From: Torpedo marmorata
Taxonomy: Eukaryota
Length of the DNA: 64,000 nt
Assembly: GCA_977017645.1 (NCBI GenBank)
Contig: OZ360221.1
Coordinates: 115,754,001 to 115,818,000 of the forward strand
Direction: 5' to 3'
This document shows, in pieces, positions 61,956 to 64,000 of the stretch (position 1 is its first letter; each line of letters begins with the position of its first letter). The notes beneath the pieces were generated by a model. It did not search any database and was not told where the DNA came from. It saw only the letters and a program-made list of their open reading frames with translations. The translations under genes were made by a program, and so were the position numbers.

Positions 61956-64000
61956 AGTGACTGTGGGTCCCGGATAAGGAAATACACCAATGATGAATGC
62001 ATGGAGTCCAGTGAAAAATTCCATATTATCATTCAAAATCTCGTTTCTTCGAAATTGTGTTGCCGCATTGAAAGGAAAAGAAAAACTCTGGACTAATCAA
62101 GATAAAAAGCTAATTGTGAAATCATTTAAAATATTCAATAGAATTACGATATTTTATCGAAAACAGATATTTCAGAGTGTGCGTTAACGGGGACAAGATC
62201 ACAAGATAGTATCAACAGCGCTCTGATAATGTCTGAAACAGTTTACTCTTTTTTGAGAATGCGACTCTACAAACATGCTTCACCCATTTATCGGGGGAAA
62301 GTTCAGGGGATTCGTGGAAATAATTACGAGAGTTCATTTGTCCTCACTGCAGTAACCAAGATTCAGTTAATGAAAGAAGAATTCCCATAAAATTCCAAAG
62401 CTACTGGGTTTATTGTCCTAAAAACAACTCAAATCGAACATTTCACTAAAATGTTCAATGAAAAATCACACTCGCTAAGTGTTAGATAACCGAAGAGAAT
62501 GTTGGAAGATAATGTCGAGTTACTTCATGTATATTACAAAATATTATGCAACCAATAGATATTCACACATGGTATCATAATATCTTGTTAAATCAAACTA
62601 TAATTTAATTGTTCGAATTTGAAACATTTTATTTAACATTGTCCTCCGAGCTTATTTTTTTCAAATCTTATTTAATTAAGCTGCATGAAATAAAAGTGAC
62701 TGAAACGAACATTGTATTACTGTAAATGCACAGTAAAGGGGGATAGTGATTGCATTCCTTTTATATAAAATAGCATGCACAAAGCAGAACTGTTCTGTAA
62801 CGCAATTAATTTGAATTGATATTTATTCCAGAGAATTTAATAAACATTGTTAATTTAGTACATCTGAATTTTGAAACAAGTCCTCTTATTTCACCTCCCC
62901 CCCCCCCACCCTACGCATTGCTAATTACTGGGAACATCAATTAAAGAGCAGATGATTATATCACATCATTAAGTCTGCATGAACAAATAAAATCACTTTA
63001 ATACATTTTATATTTATTTAATATTATATTATATTTAATAAATATAGAAATGATTTAAAATAACAGTCGTATTGATGTCACCTTCTCTAATGTTTACTTC
63101 CTTTCTTTTTCAAAAGGCAATAATAACTTGCGCAAAATTCTATAATGTAATGATCTTTTTAGATTAGTTAACCTGATTAAAATTCTACGATGCTTCTTTA
63201 CGAATTCAGATCTATCCCGAATATACGCACTGAGAAGTTCCCTGAACGTGCCAAGTTGGTGCATTGCGCGTTATATTTCCAAAGTAATCACATGCAATAT
63301 GCTTTCGGGACTGCAATGAAAGTGATTCATAACATTCGTTTTTGTCAATAAAGGATGTGATAAAAGCTCTATTTTATTGTTTGGACAATACACTGTATCT
63401 GGACACATTTGCCCACATTTTATTCGAGTGAAATTTTTTCTAGCCTCTGGAACAAGGAGTTAGTAGACTACATTTACCAACCCACCCTGTTTTACAGCGC
63501 AGTGTAATCGTCCATTAGAACGCGTTCAATTAAACATCAGGCTGTAAAATCAATTGACTTTCGGTGTAATTAATAAAAGCTTATTTCCACTGCTTACTAG
63601 ACAAAGAAGCTCTGTAAGATATGACTTAAACAGCAACAATCATATTTTACGCAATTTTATTTCACATACCCCTCGAATAGCTTGTGCAAATGTTTACATT
63701 TAAACAATATAATATTTGTAATGGTACGAAATTAGTTGATCCGAATGATGTGAATAACATTTTACGTTTTGCTCGACAAATTCCTCTTTTACTGAAACAC
63801 AAACTTTAAAAAATAATTGTGCGTCTCTTCCCCCACCCCCCACCCCCCACCCCCTTTTGGTAGGCGCAGTATGCAATGTTTTGCACTGACCAACGAACTT
63901 GCTATTAAATAAAGCAGTCCGCTAATTAGCTCGGGCAATGTCTGTATTTACGTTCTTTGTCGAAAAATAGGGAATTAGAGCTTATCGTATAAACACAGGG

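Noticed and set aside
63664-63686. Second mir-10-like stretch (resembles the 3' arm)
   Set aside because: It needs several gaps to align and has no matching 5' arm at hairpin distance.
1-64000. CRISPR arrays, tRNA/rRNA genes, prokaryote-type systems
   Set aside because: None seen. The only tRNA-like sequences are the SINE head and the Gypsy PBS.

Overview
This is eukaryotic vertebrate DNA, most likely from a cartilaginous fish (inferred from the Hox protein sequences and the shark/ray-type repeat families). From about 24.2 kb to the end it holds the 3' (anterior) end of a HoxA cluster on the minus strand: HoxA1, HoxA2, HoxA3 and HoxA4, each with two coding exons and a phase-1 GT-AG intron. 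Recognisable cis-elements include three DR5 RAREs, a DR2, a DR1, the HoxA2 r4 and HoxA3 r5/r6 enhancers and the Hox4 intronic HB-1 element. From 1 to about 24.2 kb it is a field of decayed retroelements (Rex/Babar, CR1, L1, Penelope, V-SINE). That field includes a four-level nested insertion ending in a full-length, inactivated CsRn1-clade Gypsy LTR element (15441-20008). There is a 150-N gap at 52684-52833. I found no new protein-coding system. The best leads are non-coding: candidate divergent antisense units resembling HOTAIRM1 and HOXA-AS2, a possible decayed mir-10 upstream of HoxA4, a Hoxb1-like DR2 downstream of HoxA1, TE relics inside the cluster and two perfect template-switch palindromes. 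Comparisons to mammalian sequences are from memory and need alignment.
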